From contig CM022671.1 in assembly GCA_012295275.1 (NCBI GenBank), positions 12,276,001 to 12,340,000 of the forward strand: 64,000 nucleotides of DNA, written 5' to 3'. Source of the stretch: Chrysomallon squamiferum (Eukaryota; Animalia; Mollusca). A program made the position numbers and the translations under genes. Numbering within the stretch: position 1 is the stretch's first letter; each line of letters opens with the position of its first letter. Under the pieces are notes generated by a model. That model was given only the letters and a program-made list of their open reading frames with translations. It searched no databases and was not told the origin of the DNA. Positions 15,586 to 26,869 of this stretch are shown here, piece after piece.

Positions 15586-16187
15586 TGTGTGTGTGTGTGA
15601 GTAAGTGTTTGGTTCCAAAACACTATAAATCCATTTTCTTTGTTTTGAGAAAAATGACTATTTCTGCTCTGGAGTTTATGATGTTATGAAAAGAAGGTCT
15701 ATAGTCTACTGCATGGATCAGTGGTGGGTATAGAATTTTTACTATTATTTTTATTATTATTATTATTTAAGAATATTTTATATTTTAATTAAACTTTGCA
15801 AGTGTGAAAAACTGTCAGATCAAAAGATTTTATAAAATAAACTGATTTATAAACACCCAACAACAGTTCTATTTACTAAATAGAACAATATATATCACAA
15901 ATTTTTTCAGCAAAAAAAAAAAAAAACATGGAGAAAAATGGATATAAATAATTATTCACTGGAATTACAAAAATATTAAAATCCACTGAGAAAAGTTAAT
16001 TACAAAACACATCAAATCAGAGCTCAAAATATGGTGCCAAAACAAACCTTTATGTTGAGAAAGCTCACTTTGGCTCGGAAAATATTTGGGTAATAGAAAA
16101 ATGCAAATGCAGGAATGGCAAGAAGCAGACCACAGGTCCATATAATCAGTGTGTACTGGTTAAACTGTTTCAGTGCTCGGAGTTCCT
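11342..16187 (-). CDS. NUDT9: ADP-ribose pyrophosphatase NUDT9 (Nudix hydrolase); start codon uncertain
   Basis: Exons 16187-16048 (hydrophobic, in frame), 14841-14621, 14221-14123, 13394-13308, 12879-12768, 12557-12414, 12020-11903, 11454-11342 (TAG). Motifs HIKAR...YP...VPDDKVPW...[49 protein letters not shown]...RREFSEEA (Nudix box), [23 protein letters not shown]...LYASH. An in-frame ATG at 14829 gives a 293-aa core. Confidence 0.93.
15480..15639. repeat. Perfect 29-bp inverted repeat around a (TG)n spacer in a NUDT9 intron
   Basis: 15480-15508 AGAAAATGGATTTATAGTGTTTTGGAACC is the exact reverse complement of 15611-15639. Confidence 0.9.
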
Positions 16188-17245
16188 CTGAAATCCAAAT
16201 ATATCATAAAAACATAGTATCACAAAGTTGCAAACTGAGGTAACAAATCTCAAATAAATTTCAAGAAAACAAAAATCTCTTTCACAATAATTTTCACATT
16301 ATCTTTTATCAAGCAAAGTTCATCTATGACGAAATACAAAAAAGGGAATTACAACAAATACAAACTTGTTACATGTACAGAACAATAAAATCAGTCAGTT
16401 ATACAGAAATCATCTTCTATAAAATTATATGCAAGCTGCCAACAGTTACTTTTAATAATTGTGGAAATTTTATATCAAACATATGAATTCTGTTAATTTA
16501 TAAATCTTAATTCTGTATTTATAACTAAGATTTATTTGGTTTTTAGTTTTACACGTCAACACAATATTTATGATAAATAAAAATGCTTTATGTATATCTT
16601 TTACAAATAAGATAACTAATAAGAAAAATATTTTAACACAGTTGTTATTCCGTATTATTTTTATTAAATTTAATTTGGAAAATTCATTAAACTATGACTA
16701 AAACACTGATACATATTTTTCACTAAGTGACTAAAATTAATTTATCAACTGACTTCAGCCATTTAAATACCTCCACTACAATTCATAGGAGATAAATTTA
16801 AATAGCTACTTCATGAACCAACATCCCATTTCTTTTCTCAGTGGATTAACAAAATTTGTCAATTTTTTATTTTCATATCTGGAGATTATATATATATATA
16901 AACATAAACAATATAAAACAAAATTTCTAGATATATAACTTTTAGATCCTGACTACAGGTAGCGGCATTAACTGATAGGCTAGAGACAGGGCTCTTCCTC
17001 TGCACATTTTTGCTGTATTCCCAGCCGTCTGAGGCTGTCATACCATGTTAAATGAATATTTGCTATAACTGCCATATCCATTTATGGATGGCTTGAGATT
17101 CAGCACACTTTAAAGAACAACAGCAGTAACAACAACAACAACAACAACAACAAGAACAAAAAAAATTTAAAACAAAAATAAAAATAAAAATAAAGTAAAA
17201 TAAAAAAAATAAAAAATAAAAATAATAATTAATTAATTAGAAAAC

Positions 17246-17297
<52 letters not shown>

Positions 17298-18071
17298 TAA
17301 AAACACTGCTCCTGCTAATTCTGAAACAATCTGGTGTTGGCTATAATAAAACAGCAAATGCAAAACATTGACAAAAAATGCTCCCATATTATTATTATGT
17401 TTTCCATATTTTACTTATTATTATGTTTACCAAATTAGGGAAGCATTTCAAAGTTAAATAAGTCATTAAAATAAATAAAAATCATCAAATATGTTTATTT
17501 AATGCTTGATTTACATTTATTTAAATTTATTTTGTAAGATAAATACAACTTATTGTAACAATTTCTACAGTTTTTTCAAGGATCAGTTATTGTAATTCAA
17601 TGCTGGCATAATACATATGTCACGTGTCATCATCAGACTTACAAACAACATCCATTTGTCAATCATTCTAATGAACATTCCAAATTTATTATTATTATAT
17701 AACTATAATTGATTTGCATTTTTAAAATCTTGTTTTAAATAAAGCATGTTTAAATAAAAAATCTACTTATAATCTTACCGAAATTAGCCAAAACTGTAAA
17801 CTAAATGAACACGCAAAATATATATATATATATTTTTTTTTTTTTCGGTATAATAAAACTAGTAAAACATGTCTAATTCTAAAGTTTTGTGGCAATGCAA
17901 AAGCTCGAAAGGGAAACAACTGTAATTTGAAGTTAATTGCTATCAGTGTATCAGTCTGCTTAAACACATGTATCCCGAAAATCAAATATCTTAGTATGCA
18001 TTAAACAGTCATATATTATTATATTGCAATTGGTTGCAGTGCTTGCAATTTCTATTGTTAATTTCAATTAC

Positions 18072-18170
18072 CGTCTGATGGTCGTCAACTGATAGTTCTG
18101 TAATGACAGTCAAAAATAGTAGCAACAGCAACAATGTACACATTAGTGACGTCACGGCATTTCCGGGATC
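18072..18170 (-). promoter_or_regulatory. Likely NUDT9 promoter and first exon: CRE palindrome, ETS site, 5' splice donor
   Basis: GTGACGTCAC at 18146-18155, CCGGAAAT on the minus strand around 18159-18166, local CpG enrichment, and a minus-strand donor ACG|GTAATT at 18072/18071. Confidence 0.55.
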
Positions 18171-18205
18171 TCACAGGTCCGTTTTAATTTTACTTGTTCA
18201 TTAAA

Positions 18206-18250
<45 letters not shown>

Positions 18251-20661
18251 TTTCGGTGAATTCACGGAATTAGACTTCCTGATTAAAAAATAAATAAATA
18301 AAAACAAAAATGTTTCTATTCATGGATTTATTTTAATAATGAAATTCCTGATACTCCCTAGAAAATCTACCCTTGTGCAATTGTATTTCATTATTATTAA
18401 TTTATTTTTATTTATTTTCTACTGTTTCCTTGCTGGGTTTTTTTTACTGCCCCCCCCCCCCTTCTGGAAGTCGGTGACACCATCCTGTTCGTTCAATCCT
18501 GTGGATAGATATTTATATTTAGTACGAGCCTTTAAAATGAAATCCAACGTATTTGGGCATTGGGATACCTAATTTAGCTTTCAAGAAAACAAATCCAAAC
18601 GCACAGACATACGAAAATCCCGTGAACTCATTCAGACAATTATTGGCACAAGGCACCATGCAGCATACATCATGTAATATATTACGAACTCTGAGATATT
18701 TGTTTTAAAGTGGGTCCACAAATTGAGTCACCTTTTATGAATTTTTTAATTTTACACTCACACATTTTCAGAATTCCTGAATTTCACAGTTAACTGCCTG
18801 TGACTAATAACAATGTGAAGAGAATGTTAGCAAACTGAAAGTCCTTCATTAAAAAGTGCAGCAATTTCTGTAGGTATTAACTGGTTATAACAATTTTATA
18901 ATACTATAACATTATAAATGTACGTGAAATTTACTGTAATCTATATATTTATTATATTAATTATTATTATTACAATTAATTTACTAATTCCAAATTAAAG
19001 TTGCAATGAAAAAGAATAGCCAAATGGGAACATAGCCGAGAACTGAATCTCTGACTAACACCACATATCTAAACTCTGTACAATTCCTAGATATGACAGA
19101 AAAACCTTCGTTTTAAGAGATTTAAAAAGCAACATTCCAGCGATTCGTATACTTTACAAAACATGGTTAGTAATGACCTGCTTGTGACAATATGCTTGTT
19201 GTTATAGCAATCCATTTTTAATGGTGGAATAATGAAATGTACATTGGTAGCTTCTTTTGAAAACGGTATGCTAGAATTATCAGAAGTTTAAACTTTCAAT
19301 AAACGACGAAAAAATCATATTAATCAATATGTTCGTGTTCTTGCTTTATTTATTTATTAACATTATTACTATTATTTACATTTCTTTCTTTTTTCACAAA
19401 TTTAATGTCAATAATCATTAATTCATCTAAATTATAAATGCGTTAATTTTTGAGTTTTGCATCTGTATGTTTTCTGATGAACCAAATTAACATTACGAAG
19501 ATCAGCTACATACATAATACCATGCATTATGAACCCCTTAACAAATTGTGAAATAGGACATGTCAATATTTGTCTGGAAATAACGACTGTTTTTATTGCA
19601 GATTTTATCAGCCATTTACTGCCCACAAAGTGGTACATCCGGCTTTATTTAATTAACAGTAATTTATGAGCGAATTAAATGGAGCATTCGATGCATGAAT
19701 AATACGAAATGAACAGCTTGTTTTTCAGAGGTACTATGAAATGAAACGCCGTATTAATAAAAACCTCAGTTTCGTAAGGGTATAATTTTAACATTAATCC
19801 AGTAAATACGGTGTTCGTACTTCTACTTGTTTCTCCATATATGTGATTACACATTACTGTTGTGATCTATCGGCCAATATGTCGTTTTCTAACTATTGTT
19901 TTCGCCTTGAGTTTGAAAAGGCGTTTAAAAATAACTTCTTTAATGTTTATCGGTAATAGTAGTCATCGTAATTCAGAATGTGTTTGAAAAGTGAGGTTCG
20001 AAACATAACAAAAAAAAAAATAATAATAATAAAAAAAATAAAATAAAAAAATATATATAATATTAAAACAAAAGAAAAGAGACGGAAAGAAAGAAAGAAA
20101 AAAAAAACACGAACAAAGAACACAAAACATTTAATAATAAAAAGTTGAAACCTAGAAATGTATTGTTCAACAAATAAACTGAGATAACGGTCAAAAAAAA
20201 AAAAAAATAAATAAATAATAATAATAAAAAAATACTAAAATAAATAAATAAATAGAAACTGCTCTTATCGCGGTTTATATATATATTTACAAAAAAAACC
20301 CAGGGAATTTCTCGATGATAATGAAGATATCTGTTTATTTTTGTATGCAAAGTGCTGTCCATTATTTTAAATTTGTTCTTCAACAGAATAGCATTTCAAT
20401 GGCAATTTCGCAATCACTCATTGCCATGTTATTAATATTTAATAAGACAACCTGTATATATTACATAATTTGAAACACCTTATTATGGATCATATTTGTC
20501 ATGACACACAAGCTGAATATATGAGGATCTGAATTAGTGAATACATTTAGCGAATTGCAGTTTCGTTTTGTTGTATGTTTTTTAAGTCAAGTTGAATTAG
20601 GGAGTCCAGCGATAATTCAACATGGCGGCTTTTCGTTTGACGTTCCGACGTAACCAAAATA

Positions 20662-20806
20662 CAGGCTGATAATTCTTTATCCGAAATGCTTGGGACTGGA
20701 ACTGTTTATGAATTCGGAATTTTTTGGTTTTTGGAATACAGTGAGTTAGCCTTAGAAAAGAATTCAGATCTAAATATGAATTCCATTTATAATTCATGTA
20801 CAACCA
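20662..20806 (+). mobile_element. Tigger/pogo-type DNA transposon left-end fragment (Tigger4/MER46-like)
   Basis: TA|CAGGCTGATAATTCTTTATCCGAAATGCTTGGGACTGGAACTGTTTATGAATTCGGAATTTTTTGGTTTTTGGAATA closely resembles the Tigger4/MER46 5' end as I recall it; preceded by a TA target site. Not verified by search. Confidence 0.6.
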
Positions 20807-21135
20807 TTAGTTTTAAACTAACTTCGTAACAATCGAGCTCAGAATAATGAGAGCACATGTGTTTCCTCCAGTTACGGTAACATCAAAGCTGTTCGTTAAT
20901 CCCTTAATTGGTATTTGTTAATCGCACCACAGTGACATAGGAACATGCGCACATGTAATTAGTTCACAGTCATGTTATTGGCCGAGTGGGTATTAAAAGT
21001 TTAAATAATGCAGTAATGATTGTCGTCGTTCAATTTTTGGGGTACATTTTGCATTAAAGAAACAATGAGACTTGATACGTTTGTCCGATGCAGTTTAAAG
21101 AGGTGAATGTTAATGTTAAAAGATAAGCAAATGAC

Positions 21136-21195
21136 GGGACCGTATAAAACAGGGAATTCAGATTTTAGAGGGTTCGGTTTAGAGTGGTTTCGCAG
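21136..21195. mobile_element. Tc1/mariner-pogo-type terminal repeat remnant (right end)
   Basis: ...TTAGAGGGTTCGGTTTAGAGTGGTTTCGCAG|TA resembles degenerate CAGTGAAACC-type TIR ends with short internal repeats, followed by TA. Confidence 0.35.
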
Positions 21196-24100
21196 TAGTG
21201 TGTATGTGTGTGCTTGTGTGTGTTATTAAATATGTTGATTGTGAAATTAATAATTTTTACAAATTCATTAGTGTTGTAATACTTCAGTACCTGAATATAT
21301 AATCTGTCTGGTAATACATGTATTCTGTTAAGAATTTTTTTTTTTTTTTTCAAACATCCAATATAACATGCATTACTTTTTTAATAGAACATTTCCATCA
21401 ATGAACTATAACAGTTCTGAGAATTATATATATAAAGCTAGTGTGTGTGTAGAATCTCAGAAATCATAATAAATAATGTAGATATACTCTATAAACTCAG
21501 AATTTTATTTAATATGTGACCATTTATACACTATTTATTTTTAAACTTAATAAACATCTACAGTTGACGTTTGTATGAAACAAGAACCTTTACACAGGAG
21601 TATAAATATGCATAAATTATGCTGGTCTCTAGAGTTATAATGAAAAACAACATTTTAAAGGGATTCATATCTCAGAATGTTCATTTCATCAAAAATAACT
21701 TGAGAATGTCTCTATCAAAAAGTAAGCTTACCTGCAACAAATGAGGTGAGATATCCCATTTGCCAAACCAGTGAGGTGAAGAGAAATGTGGAGAATATGA
21801 CTAATTATGTAATGTAACTTCTTAGACATATCTGTATTGATGCAGGAGGTATTTCAATATGATTAATAACGTGACATTGATTATTCTACAGCCACACTTT
21901 CTTTCTGATTGAGACTCTGACTATTGTTATATACTATAACATTACTAATAGCATAAGCTGTCAGCTGAAACTGATGGAACACCTGTTACATAGATTGGAG
22001 TATTCTGGACTTTACTTACTAAGTGTTACAGAATAAAAGGAATTTTGTTTATAGCAACTTTGTTTTCTAGAGTAGATGTATTTTGTGTCATTTACACTCA
22101 CTTTACTACAGCCTTTCTCTATCTAGCTTTCATTCTCTTTGTATATGTGAACAAGAAAGATTTAAAAAACTTTGGTTAATCAAAAATATGTTGCATTAGA
22201 TTCTTTAATAATAAAATAAAATAAAATAAATATATTTAAAAGGCCTTTAAAATCCACAAAACAGCCATATCTCGGTAAAAATACATTTCTTAAATAATTT
22301 ATTTTCACTTTTGTTGATTAATGTTTATTTTTATTTTTTATTTAAAATGAATTATAGTAGTTAATCGGGACTTAAACAATTGTTTTTTATTTTACATATA
22401 CAATTACCTAGCCCATATTTTTAATCCTAACATCAGTCTTACTTGCTGCATGTACCGATTCTATTATCAATGGACAAAATATTTTATACCTCATATAAAA
22501 TGTGATCACATTATATATTTATTTTTTTCAGTTTTCAAAGAGAGTAAAACTTTATAACAGGTATTTTCTCAATGACAAAAATTTCCCTTACACTTTCATA
22601 AAGTGAATGGCAAAGCTGTTAAATTTTTTTCTGAATATTTAATATACACATCATCCTTCAGAAATTTGGCTGTAAACTATTGGGTCTTTCACCAATTGAT
22701 TTATTTTCAATGTTTTAGTGATTTATTTTATTTTTATTCTATTCTTGGTTTTATTCATTAAACAATTAATTCTGTTATGTATTAAAAATTATAATTTGAA
22801 GTAAAATATATATTTTTAACTCTTTCTGTGCATTTTACATTAATATGTAATAAACTGAATAAGAGAAATTGCTGTAATAATGATATATGAAATAATAAAT
22901 AAAACAAATATAGTTATAATAATTATGATGATGACGACCAAGTTAATTACTTTATCTCTTTCTTTTTACATTATTTACATTTTAATTTTTAATTAACAAA
23001 AACGGCAATAGTAAGAGTAATAATAATAAATAATGATGACTGAATTAAATATCTCTCTTCAAGAATAACATTTTCTGGAATATATCTAATTATATATATG
23101 TTATAAAATAATTTGACAGAAATAACAGTATAAAACATGTTGAAGTGAATTATTCTTTGTTATTTATATCACAATTTGATAACAATTGTGGTAAATAATG
23201 ATTAAAGAAGTAATTACTTTCTGTCATTTGCCAAAGAATTGTGAATATTCCTTGGATGTGATAATTTAACAGAAATTATAAAACCAAATAATACTGATGA
23301 TGAAATCAATTTACTTCTCACTTGCGCTGTTGACCTATGAGCTGTTTTATAAAAGACAAAAACAAGCTTAATAACAGAATCAGTTATTTTATATTTTACT
23401 AAATGTTACTTACAATATTGTGTGAAATATCACTGAAACATCAGTAACACACTTACCTTCACCAGTCTTCTTGGGAAAGCACGATGTCATTATTTAGAAT
23501 GATTTCTCTTTCCACTTGGATTATCCAGTTATAGAAGTATTCTACTGTATTTATAACCACTAAAATATATGATTTGTTTTTTAATTATTTATTAATTATT
23601 TTTGTTTATTTGTATGTTATTGGCCTTTTTTTATTTTTATTTTTTTTTTAAAATTTAAACTGTTTAGTACCAAAAAGCTCCTGTAATAATTACACGTTTT
23701 TTATCACTTTTTGGAGATTTTTATGTCCCAAACTGCCTTTTAATGATTTGAGTCCGTTTTGTTTTAATATAAACCCCAAATATGAAATACAGAATACTTT
23801 ATATCAAACACTGCCAGCCACCAGATGACAGAGGTTTAAAAAAGACGATTTCTGACAATGATACTTGATGCGTGCTACATACATATGTATTTATAACCAA
23901 CAGAGCACATATGTTGTTTAAATTGAGATCTGGAAGCAGCTGGTCAGACAATAGCATGCTGTGAAAAAAGCATGATCACAGTGACATATATTACGCATCT
24001 TATCATTTGCATATTGCCTAGTATGCAATTATTATATCCTGCTGTGGTGTTTATCATGGACATAACTAAATTCCAGTCTGTTATTTCTTTCCAGAAATTA

Positions 24101-26869
24101 CAAATCCAGCTAATTAATATGAAGAATAATGAGACTTTAACACATATACAAAACAAACATATAAATGTGCAGATACTTACATACACATATGTACATATGT
24201 ATATGTGTATGTATAGAGTAAACATATTTGCCACTGTTACTGTGTGCATAAATGGTCAGTCTAAGTGTTATAATACTGCATGAACATGAAATAAGAAAAA
24301 AATGAAGCCTTTTTTATTTTTATTATTATGTCCCAACCCTACTGGACAATTTAATTTTAAGCCTTGAAAAGAGAATTCCAAAGAGATACCCCAGAGAGGT
24401 AAAAAAAATGCATTATTTATTTATTCATTTATTTAGTTTAATCTTTATTTAAGATCATATTTATTCATTCAATCACAAAGAATTAACCAGAAACAGTTTT
24501 AACAATAAATGCACACAAAACATGACAGTTATAAACATTAAAATATATTTTAGAAGGAAAAAAAGTTTAACTTAATGATTCACTTATTACATATTTTAAA
24601 CCATGATTATGATAATGTAACAATACACACTGTTAAAGCTCATACTGATTAGGCAAAGATGAAAAGCTCTGCTACAAACTGACTGATTAACAGTTTTTAG
24701 CAAGCAGAATCCCAAACAGTGGATCAGTCTTTAATGAGGGAAGAGAAATAACAAGTGACATGCTCAGAAGGTTGCTTGTTAGCAATGGAATACTTAGAAC
24801 ATGTGCAGTTTTTATTACAGAAACAAAGTTTTATACACATTTTTGGTATATCAAAACATAAGAGATTTAAAAAACCACCCAAAAACCCAACAAGACTATT
24901 TTATATAAAACGGTGAAAACATGTCATAAATTATATTAATAAGATAAGAAGTCTGTAACAGAGAAAAAAACTTTTAAAATAAATCATTAAGATTTCAGAT
25001 ACATTTCTTACATCATTAAATTAAACAGATGAGGCAGATTCAGTTATTCTGTAGTATGTACATTCATATGCCAATTTAATTTAAATATTCCATTTTCAGA
25101 AATAATTCTACTATTGTGTCCCTTATGGATAAGATTGTCTTTACATATAATATTATAGCAGTATTATGGATACAAATGTCTCTATATATTCTTGAGTTAC
25201 TATTGCATTTCTTGTGGGAGGATGATGAAGTGAAAAGAAACATTAATACAAGCTTGCACTATGGTGGACATTATTACTTTTATTTAGACATGTTTATTGT
25301 TTGAAGACAGAAACATTAAAAATCCCTTAGTCTGAGCATGTAGAATATTTTTACACACACCCAAACACATACACACAAAGACAGATACATAGACAGAAAG
25401 ATAGACAAATAACATAAAAAGCACATAAGACTAACTGCTAAAATAAAATAAAACAAAGATCAAAATATTAATAAAAGACAAACAGAACAAAATCCTGAAG
25501 AAGAGATATGAATAAATCTGTAATTTAGTATAACAAATTTAATAATAAATATAATATTAACATCTGGTTTTATGAGACAATATAAAGTACTGAGTAAACG
25601 GAATATATTTTAATCTACATATCACAAAGATCAAAATTCTTCCTCCTTCATTCAGATGCATTGCTCACTGTTCTGACTTTTTATATAAAAGGACAAGTAG
25701 AAATTTACTGCAAACCATAAAATGGTACTACACTATCACTCTAATTCTGAACTGAAAATATAGTCTTTCACAAACGCCAGTTTATAATTTAGAACACTTG
25801 GAAACATTACAGAAAGACTAAAAACTAAGACATCTATACAAATAGTCTATTAAAGATAATATATTATTGACTTAAATGATTTTTACTATCCGTCTAGTTC
25901 AGCCAGTGATATTTTTCTTTTTTTCAGTGTCATGTTCTTGTTGTGAAAATGTTTTTATCCAGTTCTTAGTTAAGAAAATTCAAGTCTACAGCTGTGATCT
26001 CTGGGAAAACAATGTTGAGATATCCATCAATTGTTTTTATTATTTCTCTCTATCTCAAATTTTAAATATATAAGATCATTTTTGATGGTGAATGTTGTAA
26101 ATTTCTCCAGTGAAGCTTGACACTAATGCTAATCATAATTCTAATCCTAACTTTAACTCTACTGGTAACAATATGATAAATCAATGATAAACTGAAATAA
26201 AATTTATTTCTTCTGTATTTGTTTTTTTAATTTTTATCAAATAGCATTTTAAAAGACCCTGACTCATAGGACTGAGCAGCTGATTAAAATTGTATATACC
26301 TTTATTTTTAACGGAAAATAATCTGAATTGTTGCAACAGTAAAAGTGATCTAACTGCATGAAGTAATACGTAACACTAACAAAGTCCAGTACTGCTCAAC
26401 TTTGGTTATCAAATGAGAATCAGTTTGTTTTTGTTTGTTTTTGTATGTTGTTGTTTTTAAAATGCAAACAGTAGGAGAAAATTAAAAAGCATGAGGAAAA
26501 CAGAAAATGTTCTGATGAAATAACATTATATTAAACTGGTCACGTTTGAGTTTTTCTAGACGTACATTTCAACTGTGATTTACCATCTTTTCATTTAAGA
26601 ATTATTTATTCAGAATAAACTTAAACAAAAAGAAATGAAACAAAATATTTTGACATTTGAACAAAATAACACTCAAATTATAATTATTGTTTATTATATA
26701 TAACTTTAATACATTTAAATGAAATAAGTTATAACCACAACCATTTTCTAATTAAATTTATTATTTGCTAATTCATATTTTAAACAATTCTCCACAGATA
26801 CACATAAATAAAATAATCTGTTTTGCACGGTATGTGAAAGACTTGGAATATTTTAAAAAGCTAAAAACT

